A stretch of 64,000 bases of DNA from Patescibacteria group bacterium (GTDB lineage: Bacteria > Patescibacteriota > Patescibacteriia > UBA9934), in assembly GCA_038064675.1 (NCBI GenBank), contig JBBTSM010000002.1, positions 145,852 through 209,851 on the forward strand, given 5' to 3'. Under the pieces are notes generated by a model. That model saw only the letters and a program-made list of their open reading frames with translations. It was not told the DNA's origin and ran no database searches. The number at the start of each line of letters is the position of its first letter. Positions within the stretch are counted from its first letter, which is position 1. The translations under genes were made by a program, and so were the position numbers. This document shows positions 37,443 to 46,543 of this stretch, piece after piece.

Positions 37443-37627
37443 GTCCTCATCCGTTGTGTATTTTCCCCAAAGTTTTCTTTACTTTTACGTGCTTTTGGAC
37501 TATTATTTTTTGTCCCCTCAATGAGTGAGTGGCGCATTGCCACAACGCCCATGTGTGGGCACGACACCTTCAAATTTGAACCCTCACTGACTGACATTCA
37601 CGCTCACCGATCCCAGGAGATCACCTC

Positions 37628-39760
37628 ATGAATCGTTTCAGCTTCCGTTCCCTCGTCGCCCCGATCCTCACGATCGTCGGCGACAGCCTTCCTTCCATCC
37701 CCACCGTCGCTGTTTCTGGCGTTCTCGCCCTCGTGCTCACTGGCTGCAATCTGCCCTCGGGCGACTGCACGAAGTCGAGTGATGGCTTCTTCGGAACAGC
37801 CACGATCGTGCTCGACTGCGGCAAGGCCGATACTGGCAACACGGTGGTGGATTCCGGAGACACCGGCGACTCGGTTCCAGACTCGAACGCCGAGACCGGT
37901 GAAACGGATTCGGGTGAGATCGATGAGACCAATTCGGACACAGACACCGCTGCTCAGCCCACCGATGCGGACGGCGACGGTTTCAACACCGACGACGATT
38001 GCAACGACCACGACACGGCGATCAATCCGGATGCCACGGAGATCTGCGACGGCGTGGACAACAACTGTGACGACGTCATCGACACCGATGCGGCGGACCA
38101 GACCACGTACTACGCGGACACGGACAGCGACGGCTACGGCGACGCGACGGTGATCGTGGACGACTGTTCGGCTCCCGCCGGGTACGTCGAAGACGACACC
38201 GACTGCGACGACGCGGATGCCACCATCCATCCGTACGCGGACGAGGACTGCACGGCGATGGAAGATCTCAACTGCGACGGCTCGTTCGGCTACGCGGATG
38301 CCGACGGTGACTTGGTTCCCGCGTGCGAGGACTGCGACGACACCAACGCAAACGCCTACCCCGGTAACACGGAAGTGTGCGACGGGGTGGACAACGATTG
38401 CGAAGACACCGTCGACGAAGACGCCGCGGACGAGCTCACTTGGTACGAGGATCTCGATGGAGACACGTACGGCGATTCGGATTCCACCACCTTCGCCTGC
38501 GACGAGCCCATTGGCTACGTGGCCGACTCCGCCGACTGCGACGACGCCGCCGCCACCGTCAACCCGGGAGCCGCAGAGGTCTGCAACGACGTGGACGACG
38601 ACTGCGACGGCGGTACGGACGAGGACCTCGCGGTCACCGTCTACTACACCGACGCGGACGGCGATGGGTACGGGGCGGGCAGCGGGTCCTCCGAGTGCGC
38701 CGATCCCGGCGCCGGCTACAGCACGGTCAACACCGACTGCGACGACACCAACGGGGCCATCAACCCCGCGGCGGTGGAGACGTGCGACGGCGAAGACAAC
38801 GACTGTGAAGGCACCGTCGATGAAGGCGCCGTGGATGCGCTCACCTGGTTCGCGGACGGCGACAACGATGGCCACGGCAACGCTGCCATCAGCGTCTTGT
38901 CCTGCAGTGAGCCTTCCGGCTACACCGCGGACGACACCGACTGCGATGACACGGACAACGATGTCTACCCGGGCGATGCCGAGTGGTGCGATGGCAAGGA
39001 CAACGACTGCGACGGCGTCATCGATATCAACGACGGCGACGGCGACGGCGTCGATGCCTGTAGCGGGGACTGCGACGACGGCGACGCCGCCGAATTCCCC
39101 GGGAACCCCGAAGTTTGCGACGGCCTCGACAACGACTGCGACGGCGGCGTGGATGACGGTCTGACCGGAACCTACTACCGCGACAGCGACGGCGACACGT
39201 ACGGCGACCCGTCGGTGTCCACCACCGCGTGCAGCGCTCCGAGCGGGTACGTGTCCAACAACACCGACTGCGACGACGGCGACTCCGGAATCAACCCCGG
39301 GGGAACCGAAGTCGTGGGCAACGGCGTGGACGACGACTGCAGCGGAACGGAGCTGGTCTTCACGACCGACTTCGGGATGTCCACCGGCGTGTGCCGTCTC
39401 GACGGCGCATACACCTCGACGGGTGCCGCCGTCCGTCAGGCCGGCGGGTGCTACATCTGGGTAGAAGGGTACGGGAGCCTCACGGCTCCTGCGGTGTCCG
39501 TGGATATCGACGTCGCGGGCCTCACGGCTGGCGATGAGTACATCTTCTCCTGGGACGTCGGGAACGCGAGCGCGTCCACCACCACGTTCGTCGGCGCGTT
39601 CACCGGCTCGTCCATCGAGTCGCTGTCCCTCGGGACGGGAACCTCCGGCGTGCTGGAGGACATCGTGACTGTCGGGTCCACCACCGTGACCGCCAGCATC
39701 TGGCACACGGGGACGAACGACTACGACGGATACCTGACCGGGTTCACCGTCGAACGGTAG
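37628..39760 (+). CDS. High-GC secreted lipoprotein with ~8 tandem MopE-like repeats (putative metal-binding Cys/Asp repeats).
   Basis: Lipobox 'LALVLTGC'. The repeat unit is 'W/YYxDxDGDGYGxxxxxxxACxxPxGYVxxxxDCDDxxxxxxPGAxExCDGxDNDCDGxxDE'. The 805-aa antisense ORF is rejected as a GC artefact. Confidence 0.65.
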   Translation: MNRFSFRSLVAPILTIVGDSLPSIPTVAVSGVLALVLTGCNLPSGDCTKSSDGFFGTATIVLDCGKADTGNTVVDSGDTGDSVPDSNAETGETDSGEIDETNSDTDTAAQPTDADGDGFNTDDDCNDHDTAINPDATEICDGVDNNCDDVIDTDAADQTTYYADTDSDGYGDATVIVDDCSAPAGYVEDDTDCDDADATIHPYADEDCTAMEDLNCDGSFGYADADGDLVPACEDCDDTNANAYPGNTEVCDGVDNDCEDTVDEDAADELTWYEDLDGDTYGDSDSTTFACDEPIGYVADSADCDDAAATVNPGAAEVCNDVDDDCDGGTDEDLAVTVYYTDADGDGYGAGSGSSECADPGAGYSTVNTDCDDTNGAINPAAVETCDGEDNDCEGTVDEGAVDALTWFADGDNDGHGNAAISVLSCSEPSGYTADDTDCDDTDNDVYPGDAEWCDGKDNDCDGVIDINDGDGDGVDACSGDCDDGDAAEFPGNPEVCDGLDNDCDGGVDDGLTGTYYRDSDGDTYGDPSVSTTACSAPSGYVSNNTDCDDGDSGINPGGTEVVGNGVDDDCSGTELVFTTDFGMSTGVCRLDGAYTSTGAAVRQAGGCYIWVEGYGSLTAPAVSVDIDVAGLTAGDEYIFSWDVGNASASTTTFVGAFTGSSIESLSLGTGTSGVLEDIVTVGSTTVTASIWHTGTNDYDGYLTGFTVER

Positions 39761-39866
39761 TGAGGGTTCGTCACCTCGGGCCGGCGTACGCAGCGCCAGC
39801 CAACGAAGCTCTCGATCACCGCAAGGTGATCGGGGGCTTCTTCGTTTCCGATGGTATACTTTCTGT

Positions 39867-41399
39867 ATGATTCCCGATTTTCGTTCGTTGTATCGTGCGT
39901 CGGAAGAGCATGCGCGTCTTGCGTTCTTCGGATTTACTGCGCTTCTTGCACTTGGTTTTCTCGGGACGGTATTCTTTTCGTCTACGCTTGTTGTTGCGGC
40001 TGTCGTCGTGATCATTGGCATCGCCTTTACGTTTGCACGGCCGACGTGGACGCTGGCTGCCTTTGCCGTGTATCTCCCATTTGAGCCGTTTTTGTTGAAA
40101 TGGGTTCCGGACGATGTGTACGTGTTTGCACGCTATGGTTCCGAGCTTATCGTGTATTTGCTCCTTGCGGTTGTTGTGTGGCGAATGATCACCGGATCGA
40201 TTACGTTCAAGCGTACGCCGCTCGATGTTGCCTTTTGTGTCGTGATTTTTCTTGCACTCGTTTCTGTTGCGATTAACGCTCTTTCGCCGTGGGTTGCACT
40301 TCTTGGCCTTCGGCAAATTTTCCGATTCGTCTTACTGTTTTTTATCGTCGTGTACCTCTCGCCGTCAAAAGAACTTCTTCGAAAATTGCTGGTCGCAATG
40401 TTTGTTATCGTCACCATTCAGGCAGCGCTCGGATACGCTCAGCGTTTGCTTGGCGAGCCAATCGATACATTCCTTCTTCCGTCTGCACAGCGTACGCTTG
40501 GAAGCTTGCAGCTCACGTCCGGTACTACGCAATTTTGGGATCCTGGTCAGCGCGTGTTCGGTACGCTTGGCCGATATGATCAGTTAGGAACATTCATGGC
40601 GTTCTTCCTGATTCTTTTGGTAGCGTTTTTGTACGAACGCGCTCTTGCGAAACATGAGGAGCTTCCGGCGTGGTTCATCTTACTTTTTTCTGTTCCTGTT
40701 GTGGGATTAGCGTACTCGCGCTCTGCGTGGTTTGGTTTTGCGCTCGCATTCTTTTTTATCGCCCTTGTTGTAAAGCGCGACAAGCGTGTTCTTGCGGCAA
40801 CGCTCATTGGTGCATCGCTGGTTGGCGGATATCTTTCCATTTCTGGACTTGTCGTGAATCAACTTATTGATTCTTCAAGCCAAACATTGAGCGAGCGGTT
40901 TTTTGAGGCGTTTTCTTACGCGCGATGGCAGGGTGAATATTTCGGGCTCGGTCGTGTGTATTGGATGGCGCAAACCGTGTGGACTGTGGTGCCGTCGTCG
41001 CCGTTGTTCGGCCATGGCCCAGGAACATTCGGCGGTGGAGCGGTTGCGGCGCTTGGGAATACCGATGTGTATGACCGGCTCGGCTTGCCGTTTGGTGTGT
41101 ATGGAACGGAGGGCTACATCGACAACAATTGGTTTAGCATGTGGGGTGAACTTGGTACATTGGGGCTTGGCGCGTATCTCGTGATGTACGTGACGTTGTT
41201 CTTGGTGTGCTTACGGGTGTACCGCGAATCGAAGGATCCCGAGGTACGCGCGTTTGCCCTTGGTGTAGCCGGAGCAATGCTCGCGGTTGCGGTGAACGCA
41301 TTTCTTGCGACATTTTTGGAAGCGCGAACGCTCGCTCCGTATCTGTGGATTATGGGCGGCTCTGTGGTTGCGTTCGGAAAGAAGGAGGAGATTCTATGA
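39867..41399 (+). CDS. O-antigen ligase/polymerase (Wzy_C) family membrane protein.
   Basis: About twelve transmembrane segments are predicted, with a 'GLAYSRSAWFGFALAFF' Wzy_C-like region. Confidence 0.7.
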   Translation: MIPDFRSLYRASEEHARLAFFGFTALLALGFLGTVFFSSTLVVAAVVVIIGIAFTFARPTWTLAAFAVYLPFEPFLLKWVPDDVYVFARYGSELIVYLLLAVVVWRMITGSITFKRTPLDVAFCVVIFLALVSVAINALSPWVALLGLRQIFRFVLLFFIVVYLSPSKELLRKLLVAMFVIVTIQAALGYAQRLLGEPIDTFLLPSAQRTLGSLQLTSGTTQFWDPGQRVFGTLGRYDQLGTFMAFFLILLVAFLYERALAKHEELPAWFILLFSVPVVGLAYSRSAWFGFALAFFFIALVVKRDKRVLAATLIGASLVGGYLSISGLVVNQLIDSSSQTLSERFFEAFSYARWQGEYFGLGRVYWMAQTVWTVVPSSPLFGHGPGTFGGGAVAALGNTDVYDRLGLPFGVYGTEGYIDNNWFSMWGELGTLGLGAYLVMYVTLFLVCLRVYRESKDPEVRAFALGVAGAMLAVAVNAFLATFLEARTLAPYLWIMGGSVVAFGKKEEIL

Positions 41400-42625
41400 G
41401 AATTGTTCACGTCCATAAATATTTTCACTCTCGCGACGGCGCAAGTCGGTACGAGCGTGGGTTGATGCGTTTGCAGGAGGAGGCGGGGAACGCTGTTGCG
41501 CCATTTGCGATGCACGACGACCGAAATGAACCAACGCCGTGGAGCGAATATTTTGTTTCCAATCTTGAGACGAAGCGTGCGGTGATTGGTCTGAGTGCGT
41601 TCCGACAAGCCGCGAGAGCATTGTGGTCCAGGGAGGCGGAAAAGAAATTTGATCGCATGCTTGAGGTGTTTCGCCCCGACGTCATCCACGTTCACAACAT
41701 TTATACGCATCTTTCGCCGTCGGTGCTTGCGGTTGCCAAGCGAAGAAAAATTCCCGTCGTCATGACCGTGCACGACTATGCATTGATGAGTGCGAATTAT
41801 TCGTTGTGGGACGAGTCCAATATGCGGTCGATGGATCTGAACGACATCGGTATTCTTGCTACAGCGCGAACGAAATTCATGAAAGGATCGTTTCTCGCAA
41901 CACTCGTGCTTGAGATGATCTTGAAAATTCATCATGCATTCAAATGCTACGATTCTGCGATTTCGCACTACACGACGTATTCCAACTTTGTTCGCGATGT
42001 GATGGTGCGCTCGGGAATTCCCGCAGAGAAGATTGCTGTGCTCCATGCGTTCGCGGAGCCGTTGATGCATCCGGACATATCGATACCCGCAAAGGCGAAG
42101 GAACCTTTCGTGCTCTTCGCTGGCCGTCTCGAATCGTACAAGGGTGTTCATGTTCTCCTTGAGGCGTTGCGATATTTGCCATCGACGACGCGCATAAAGA
42201 TTGTGGGTGTGGGGCCTGATGAGGATCGATTGAAAATTATGATCGGGAAGGACCATCGAGTTGAATTCCTTGGTTTTGTTCCGGGGGCTGACCTCTGGAA
42301 GATGATGGCGCAGGCGGCTGTTGTGGTTGTTCCCTCCATTTGGAACGAGCCGTACGGGCTTGTCGCGCTTGAGGCGATGTGCCAAGGCACGTCGATTATT
42401 GTTGCGAAGAGCGGGGGACTGCCGGAGATTGTGGGGGAGTCGGAAGCAGGAATCGTGGTGTCGGCGGGCGATCCGAGGGCGTTGGCACGAGCCATAGAAC
42501 GAATACTTGATGATCCCGATCGTGCAAAGGTCATGGGAAGGGCGGCATATGAGCGTGCGCGGGCTATTGGGAATCCACAGGAGCACCTTGCAAAGATCAT
42601 GGAGATATACTCACGGTGTGGATAA
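41396..42625 (+). CDS. Family 4 glycosyltransferase (GT4).
   Basis: 'MRIVHVHKYF' at the N-terminus and a C-terminal 'VPSIWNEPYGLVALEAMCQGTSII' (EX7E). Confidence 0.85.
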   Translation: MRIVHVHKYFHSRDGASRYERGLMRLQEEAGNAVAPFAMHDDRNEPTPWSEYFVSNLETKRAVIGLSAFRQAARALWSREAEKKFDRMLEVFRPDVIHVHNIYTHLSPSVLAVAKRRKIPVVMTVHDYALMSANYSLWDESNMRSMDLNDIGILATARTKFMKGSFLATLVLEMILKIHHAFKCYDSAISHYTTYSNFVRDVMVRSGIPAEKIAVLHAFAEPLMHPDISIPAKAKEPFVLFAGRLESYKGVHVLLEALRYLPSTTRIKIVGVGPDEDRLKIMIGKDHRVEFLGFVPGADLWKMMAQAAVVVVPSIWNEPYGLVALEAMCQGTSIIVAKSGGLPEIVGESEAGIVVSAGDPRALARAIERILDDPDRAKVMGRAAYERARAIGNPQEHLAKIMEIYSRCG

Positions 42626-42733
42626 GACCAGAATCCTATTATAAATATCGCTAATACTAGCGATATTTTATTTGTATTTCCCGAAGGCGCTTCGTTGACC
42701 AAATGGCTAAAAACTGATAGGCTACTCGGTCTT

Positions 42734-43894
42734 ATGAAAATTGCCATGATTGGACAGAAAGGGATTCCGGCACAGTTTGGCGGCGTGGAAACCCACGTCG
42801 TCGAGCTTGCAACTCGCCTTGCGCGCCTTGGCCATACGGTCACGGTGTATGGCCGTACGTGGTACGTCCCAAAGCGGACGGACCGGGTAAACGGAATTCG
42901 CGTGGTTCGCACGCCAAGCATCCGCACGAAGCACCTTGATACTATTACGGCGTCGTTTTTTGCCGTGCTTCATGCAACGATGTTCGTCCGTCCAGACGTC
43001 TATCATTTTCACGGCGTTGGCCCCTCGCTCTTGGCGTGGATTCCTCGAATCTTTGCACCTCGGGCAACAGTGGTCACCACGTTCCACTCTATCGACCGTA
43101 CTCACGAAAAGTGGGGAGCGTTCTCTCGCCTTGCTCTTCGGCTTGGTGAACGCGCATCGTTTGCATTCGCCGACGAAACCATTGCTGTGAGCAAGACGCT
43201 CGCCAAGTATGGTGAGCGTGAATATGGCCGCCGTGCAACATATATTCCAAATGGCATCACGCCGGTTCACACTTCCGTCGAGCCATTGCTCTTGTCGCCA
43301 TTCGGTTTGGAACCGTTTCATTACGTCGCGATGATCGCACGTTTGGTTCCGCATAAGGGAGCGCACACACTCATCGCTGCATGGCAGATGGCACATAAAC
43401 GCCAGCCTGATGTCATGAAAGGCATCAAGCTTGCTATTGTTGGCGGAAGTGCGTTCACCGATGCATATGTCCGTAAACTTCATGCCATGGCATCGCATGA
43501 TGATTCTATTGTCTTCACTGGTTTTCAACGCGGCGATACATTGACTGCGTTGTTCTCTGGCGCGCGATTTATGGTGCATCCTTCCACTAGCGAGGGATTG
43601 CCAATCGCGGTGCTTGAAGAAATGAGCCACGGTAAAGCGGTTATCGCTGCAGATATTCCAGAAACCATGGAAGTTGTTGGCGAATACGGCGTGCCGTTCT
43701 CCCAGGGCGATATCACCACGCTCGCAGACTGCATCATCGATCTTGCAAAGGATCCAATGCAGGCTGCGGCAATCGGACATGCTGCGCGAACGTTCGTGGA
43801 AGACGAATATCATTGGGACGACATTGCGCAGGAAACTGCCGCGCTCTATCGTCGTCGTGCGATGGTTCGTCAAGGAGTATTCGCTGTTCGATAA
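42734..43894 (+). CDS. Family 4 glycosyltransferase (GT4).
   Basis: 'MKIAMIGQKGIPAQFGGVETHV...' at the N-terminus and a C-terminal 'HPSTSEGLPIAVLEEMSHGKAVIA'. Confidence 0.85.
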   Translation: MKIAMIGQKGIPAQFGGVETHVVELATRLARLGHTVTVYGRTWYVPKRTDRVNGIRVVRTPSIRTKHLDTITASFFAVLHATMFVRPDVYHFHGVGPSLLAWIPRIFAPRATVVTTFHSIDRTHEKWGAFSRLALRLGERASFAFADETIAVSKTLAKYGEREYGRRATYIPNGITPVHTSVEPLLLSPFGLEPFHYVAMIARLVPHKGAHTLIAAWQMAHKRQPDVMKGIKLAIVGGSAFTDAYVRKLHAMASHDDSIVFTGFQRGDTLTALFSGARFMVHPSTSEGLPIAVLEEMSHGKAVIAADIPETMEVVGEYGVPFSQGDITTLADCIIDLAKDPMQAAAIGHAARTFVEDEYHWDDIAQETAALYRRRAMVRQGVFAVR

Positions 43895-43902
43895 AAACAG
43901 GA

Positions 43903-44016
43903 CTTCCTCATTTGGCCGATTTTGGGCTTGCGCCATCGGAAACTTCTTCAACGTACCAAGAAGTACGTCTCGGAAGCTTTCCTCGCCGCGCACCCAAACT
44001 CGTCACAAATGAGAAA
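43903..44016. repeat. Palindromic MITE-like repeat (copy E) with terminal inverted repeats.
   Basis: The termini are 'cctcatttggccgattttggg' and 'cccaaactcgtcacaaatgag'. The core is 'caacgtaccaagaagtacgtc'. Confidence 0.6.
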
Positions 44017-44246
44017 CTCCTGGTCGTTACATAAAACCGAGTCTGAAAAGACTCGGTTTTGTGTTGGAGAGGGGGCCTGAACTGAATCTTGAAAATGGTT
44101 GTGACGGGAAGTTGGCGACGACGAACTGGAGTCATCGCCGAGATCGGCATGTGTGTTTTTCGATAAGACCGATGTTAGGTAAATATAAGATTTCACTCAT
44201 CGATTCATTGAGCTTTTCGCAGATAAGATGTTAGGTCCACACCCAT

Positions 44247-45479
44247 TCAAAGATTCACGTCAGATCGTAGTACTTCTTTCACGATTCGCTTACTTACAAA
44301 ATCCGGTATGCGGCCGACGATGTGTTTTGATCGGAGGAATGGAATGTGCGCGATGCTGGCGTGGCCGGCAAAGAGGGTTGGGAGAATCTCGGATTCACCG
44401 AACGCGTCGATCGTCTGGCGGACTTGGATCAGACCTGATCGATAGAGATGATCGCGACGAAAGCCGAGGCCGGCGGTGTTCGGATGATGAATACCGCGAG
44501 ACACACGAAGCATGAGCCGCCATGCGGTATCGAATGCCTCCTCATCGGCGTGATTAATGTTGAGCGCGATGTTGAGTTTGCGGCGTGCGTCGCGGATGAT
44601 TTCAAAAGCCGATCGGAAATCCGCTTCCTTCGAAAGTGCAGCAGCCCAAGCATCCCAGAACCCAGGGTCCATGGATTCTTCGGTTTTGAGTTTTTGTTGC
44701 ATCGCGACGGCGAGGCCTTCGTCGGTGGCGATATATCCGGCTAATCCCCGGCCAAGCAGGAGTATCGGCGATGTCATGCCGTTCGCTGTTCGCAACGCGT
44801 GAACCTCGATTTCGTGAGTGAGCAATCGTGCGGCACGAGCTCTGGACGCAAGAAAGTTTTTTGGGATCTTCACCGTTGGTGCGCGGTCGAGCGAATCGCC
44901 GCGTGAAACGGAAACGCTTGGTCGATTGATGAACCGTGTTGTCCAATCGGTCATGCCGTAATGATCAAGCGTCGCGCGGACCATGCGCTCGAATATGACG
45001 GTATCCACTCGGTCTTGATGGGTATGGAGTTCGTGCGATCGTGCCAAGAGGGTTGTGAATTCATCGGCGAGCTCGGCGCCCGTTTGGACGCATGGTCCGA
45101 AGAGATGATCTGCGAGTGCGGAAACTGCGGTGTCGTCTTTCCGTTTCATTGCACTAACAATCTGCGCACGGGTTGTGAGCTCGGCAAGTTTCTCGAGATA
45201 GAGTGCGCGAATATCTTCGGAGGCTGGAATCGAGGCGATGCGATCATGAACGGATCGGAGCGCGGTGAGATATGCGACGTCATCAAAACGATCGAGACGG
45301 TGATATATGAACGTTGGTGTTGTGCGATCGGCGACGAATTGGTTTCGTGCAACTCGGGCGGCTGCGCGATTTTGACGAACAAGGTTTGCAAACGGAAATG
45401 CTGGGAGGGTTTGGAACGTCTTAAACAATGGGGCGTCGAGCGGCTCCATATCTAGGTACGTTCTGTGGGGATCTTCCAC
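44247..45479 (-). CDS. HExxH-motif protein resembling the DUF1704 (QEGLA-motif) putative metallopeptidase family.
   Basis: 'LLTHEIEVHALRT' provides the HExxH motif, and 'IATDEGLAVAMQQ' is QEGLA-like. Confidence 0.45.
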   Translation of the reverse strand: MEDPHRTYLDMEPLDAPLFKTFQTLPAFPFANLVRQNRAAARVARNQFVADRTTPTFIYHRLDRFDDVAYLTALRSVHDRIASIPASEDIRALYLEKLAELTTRAQIVSAMKRKDDTAVSALADHLFGPCVQTGAELADEFTTLLARSHELHTHQDRVDTVIFERMVRATLDHYGMTDWTTRFINRPSVSVSRGDSLDRAPTVKIPKNFLASRARAARLLTHEIEVHALRTANGMTSPILLLGRGLAGYIATDEGLAVAMQQKLKTEESMDPGFWDAWAAALSKEADFRSAFEIIRDARRKLNIALNINHADEEAFDTAWRLMLRVSRGIHHPNTAGLGFRRDHLYRSGLIQVRQTIDAFGESEILPTLFAGHASIAHIPFLRSKHIVGRIPDFVSKRIVKEVLRSDVNL

Positions 45480-45700
45480 TTGTCTACAAACTGGCCGATA
45501 CCGTCTTTGGCGAGCTTGTGGCGAACGGTTGTAGTCTTGTCAGCCCAGTCTAAAAGGGAGGCGAGATCGATCTTGTATCGATTTTGAACCACAATACACT
45601 CCACCGCTTTGTCGGTAATTGCTCGGCGGATCGTTCGTTGGCTCACCCCGAAGAACTTCGCGGCTTCGGAAACGGAGAGTCGGATGGAAGTGTCTTCCAT
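45452..45700 (-). CDS. Small helix-turn-helix DNA-binding protein (excisionase/MerR-like HTH).
   Basis: 'LSVSEAAKFFGVSQRTIRRAITDK'. Confidence 0.5.
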   Translation of the reverse strand: MEDTSIRLSVSEAAKFFGVSQRTIRRAITDKAVECIVVQNRYKIDLASLLDWADKTTTVRHKLAKDGIGQFVDKWKIPTERT

Positions 45701-45876
45701 AGGGTGTAATGATCCTGAATCTTTTACGTCTTTTGCGAACCTTAGCCAAATTTCTTCTCCAGGAGGCCTGAAGGCTACCCTATACCCTTGAGATTATATA
45801 CTTTTCTTCAAAATCCTGCTAAGGTTCGTGCTAATTTTGGCACTGTAATACTTTGTCGCGTCTTGCGTCTTAATAC

Positions 45877-46410
45877 ATGTCAACACTTCGGGAAAAATTT
45901 CTTGCCTTCCGCGTGTACCGCCATCAGGACAGCGTGGCGTACGGCGAAATCTACGACATGTTCGCGGACCGCATCCGACGCTTTCTGGCGTTTAAGCTTC
46001 CGCGAAACGAAGACGCGGATGAGCTTACTGGAGAAGTCTTTCTCCGAGGGTGGGAATACATGACGAGTAGCGCCGTGAATAACCTCAACGCATTCTTCTT
46101 CCGCATTGCTCGAAACTTGGTGGCCGACTTCTATCGGAAGTATAAGGTTACCGAGGAGCTCGATGCGGCATCAGAAAAGGCGAGCGGCGTATCTGTTTCG
46201 GAAGAAGTCGCCACGAAGATCGAAAGCGATGAGCTCATCGAATCGCTTCGAGGGATAAAGGATGAATATCGCGAAGTTCTGGTCATGCGTTACTTGAGTG
46301 AAATGGAAGTGGGGGAGATTGCGTCTGCTTTAGAGAAGACGTCCAACAGCGTTCGTGTGCTCCTGCACCGGGCAAAAAAAGCGTTACAAGAAAAGATGAA
46401 AATAGATTGA
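45877..46410 (+). CDS. ECF-subfamily RNA polymerase sigma-70 factor.
   Basis: Region 2 'ELTGEVFLRGWEY' and region 4 'YREVLVMRYLSEMEVGEIASALEKTSNSVRVLLHRAKKAL'. Confidence 0.8.
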   Translation: MSTLREKFLAFRVYRHQDSVAYGEIYDMFADRIRRFLAFKLPRNEDADELTGEVFLRGWEYMTSSAVNNLNAFFFRIARNLVADFYRKYKVTEELDAASEKASGVSVSEEVATKIESDELIESLRGIKDEYREVLVMRYLSEMEVGEIASALEKTSNSVRVLLHRAKKALQEKMKID

Positions 46411-46435
46411 CTTTTAGGACTTTCACATTTGAGGC

Positions 46436-46521
46436 TAGTTTCGATGAAGATCGAGGAAAGCTCGCGAGGCGTACTTATGTGTACGTTGAGCGAGTTTCCG
46501 ATGATCTGAGTCGAAAATAGA
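46436..46521. repeat. Palindromic MITE-like repeat (copy F).
   Basis: 'gctcgcgaggcgtacttatgtgtacgttgagcgagttt' with termini 'tttcgatgaagatc' and 'gatctgagtcgaaaa'. Confidence 0.55.
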
Positions 46522-46543
46522 CCAAATGGGGAAGTCATAAATT

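Noticed and set aside
37604-40021. An 805-aa minus-strand ORF, plus other long antisense ORFs (36441-37346 -, 34217-35323 -, 26388-27104 +).
   Set aside because: They lie in 65-70% GC DNA, where stop codons are rare. The plus-strand products have signal peptides, lipoboxes and coherent MopE-like repeats. The antisense products are Arg/Gly/Val-rich low-complexity sequences.
41207-41395. Upstream extension of the GT4 gene to 41207.
   Set aside because: It overlaps the Wzy-like gene by 190 nt. The ATG at 41396 directly precedes the conserved GT4 N-terminus MRIVHVHKYF, and overlaps the upstream stop as ATGA.
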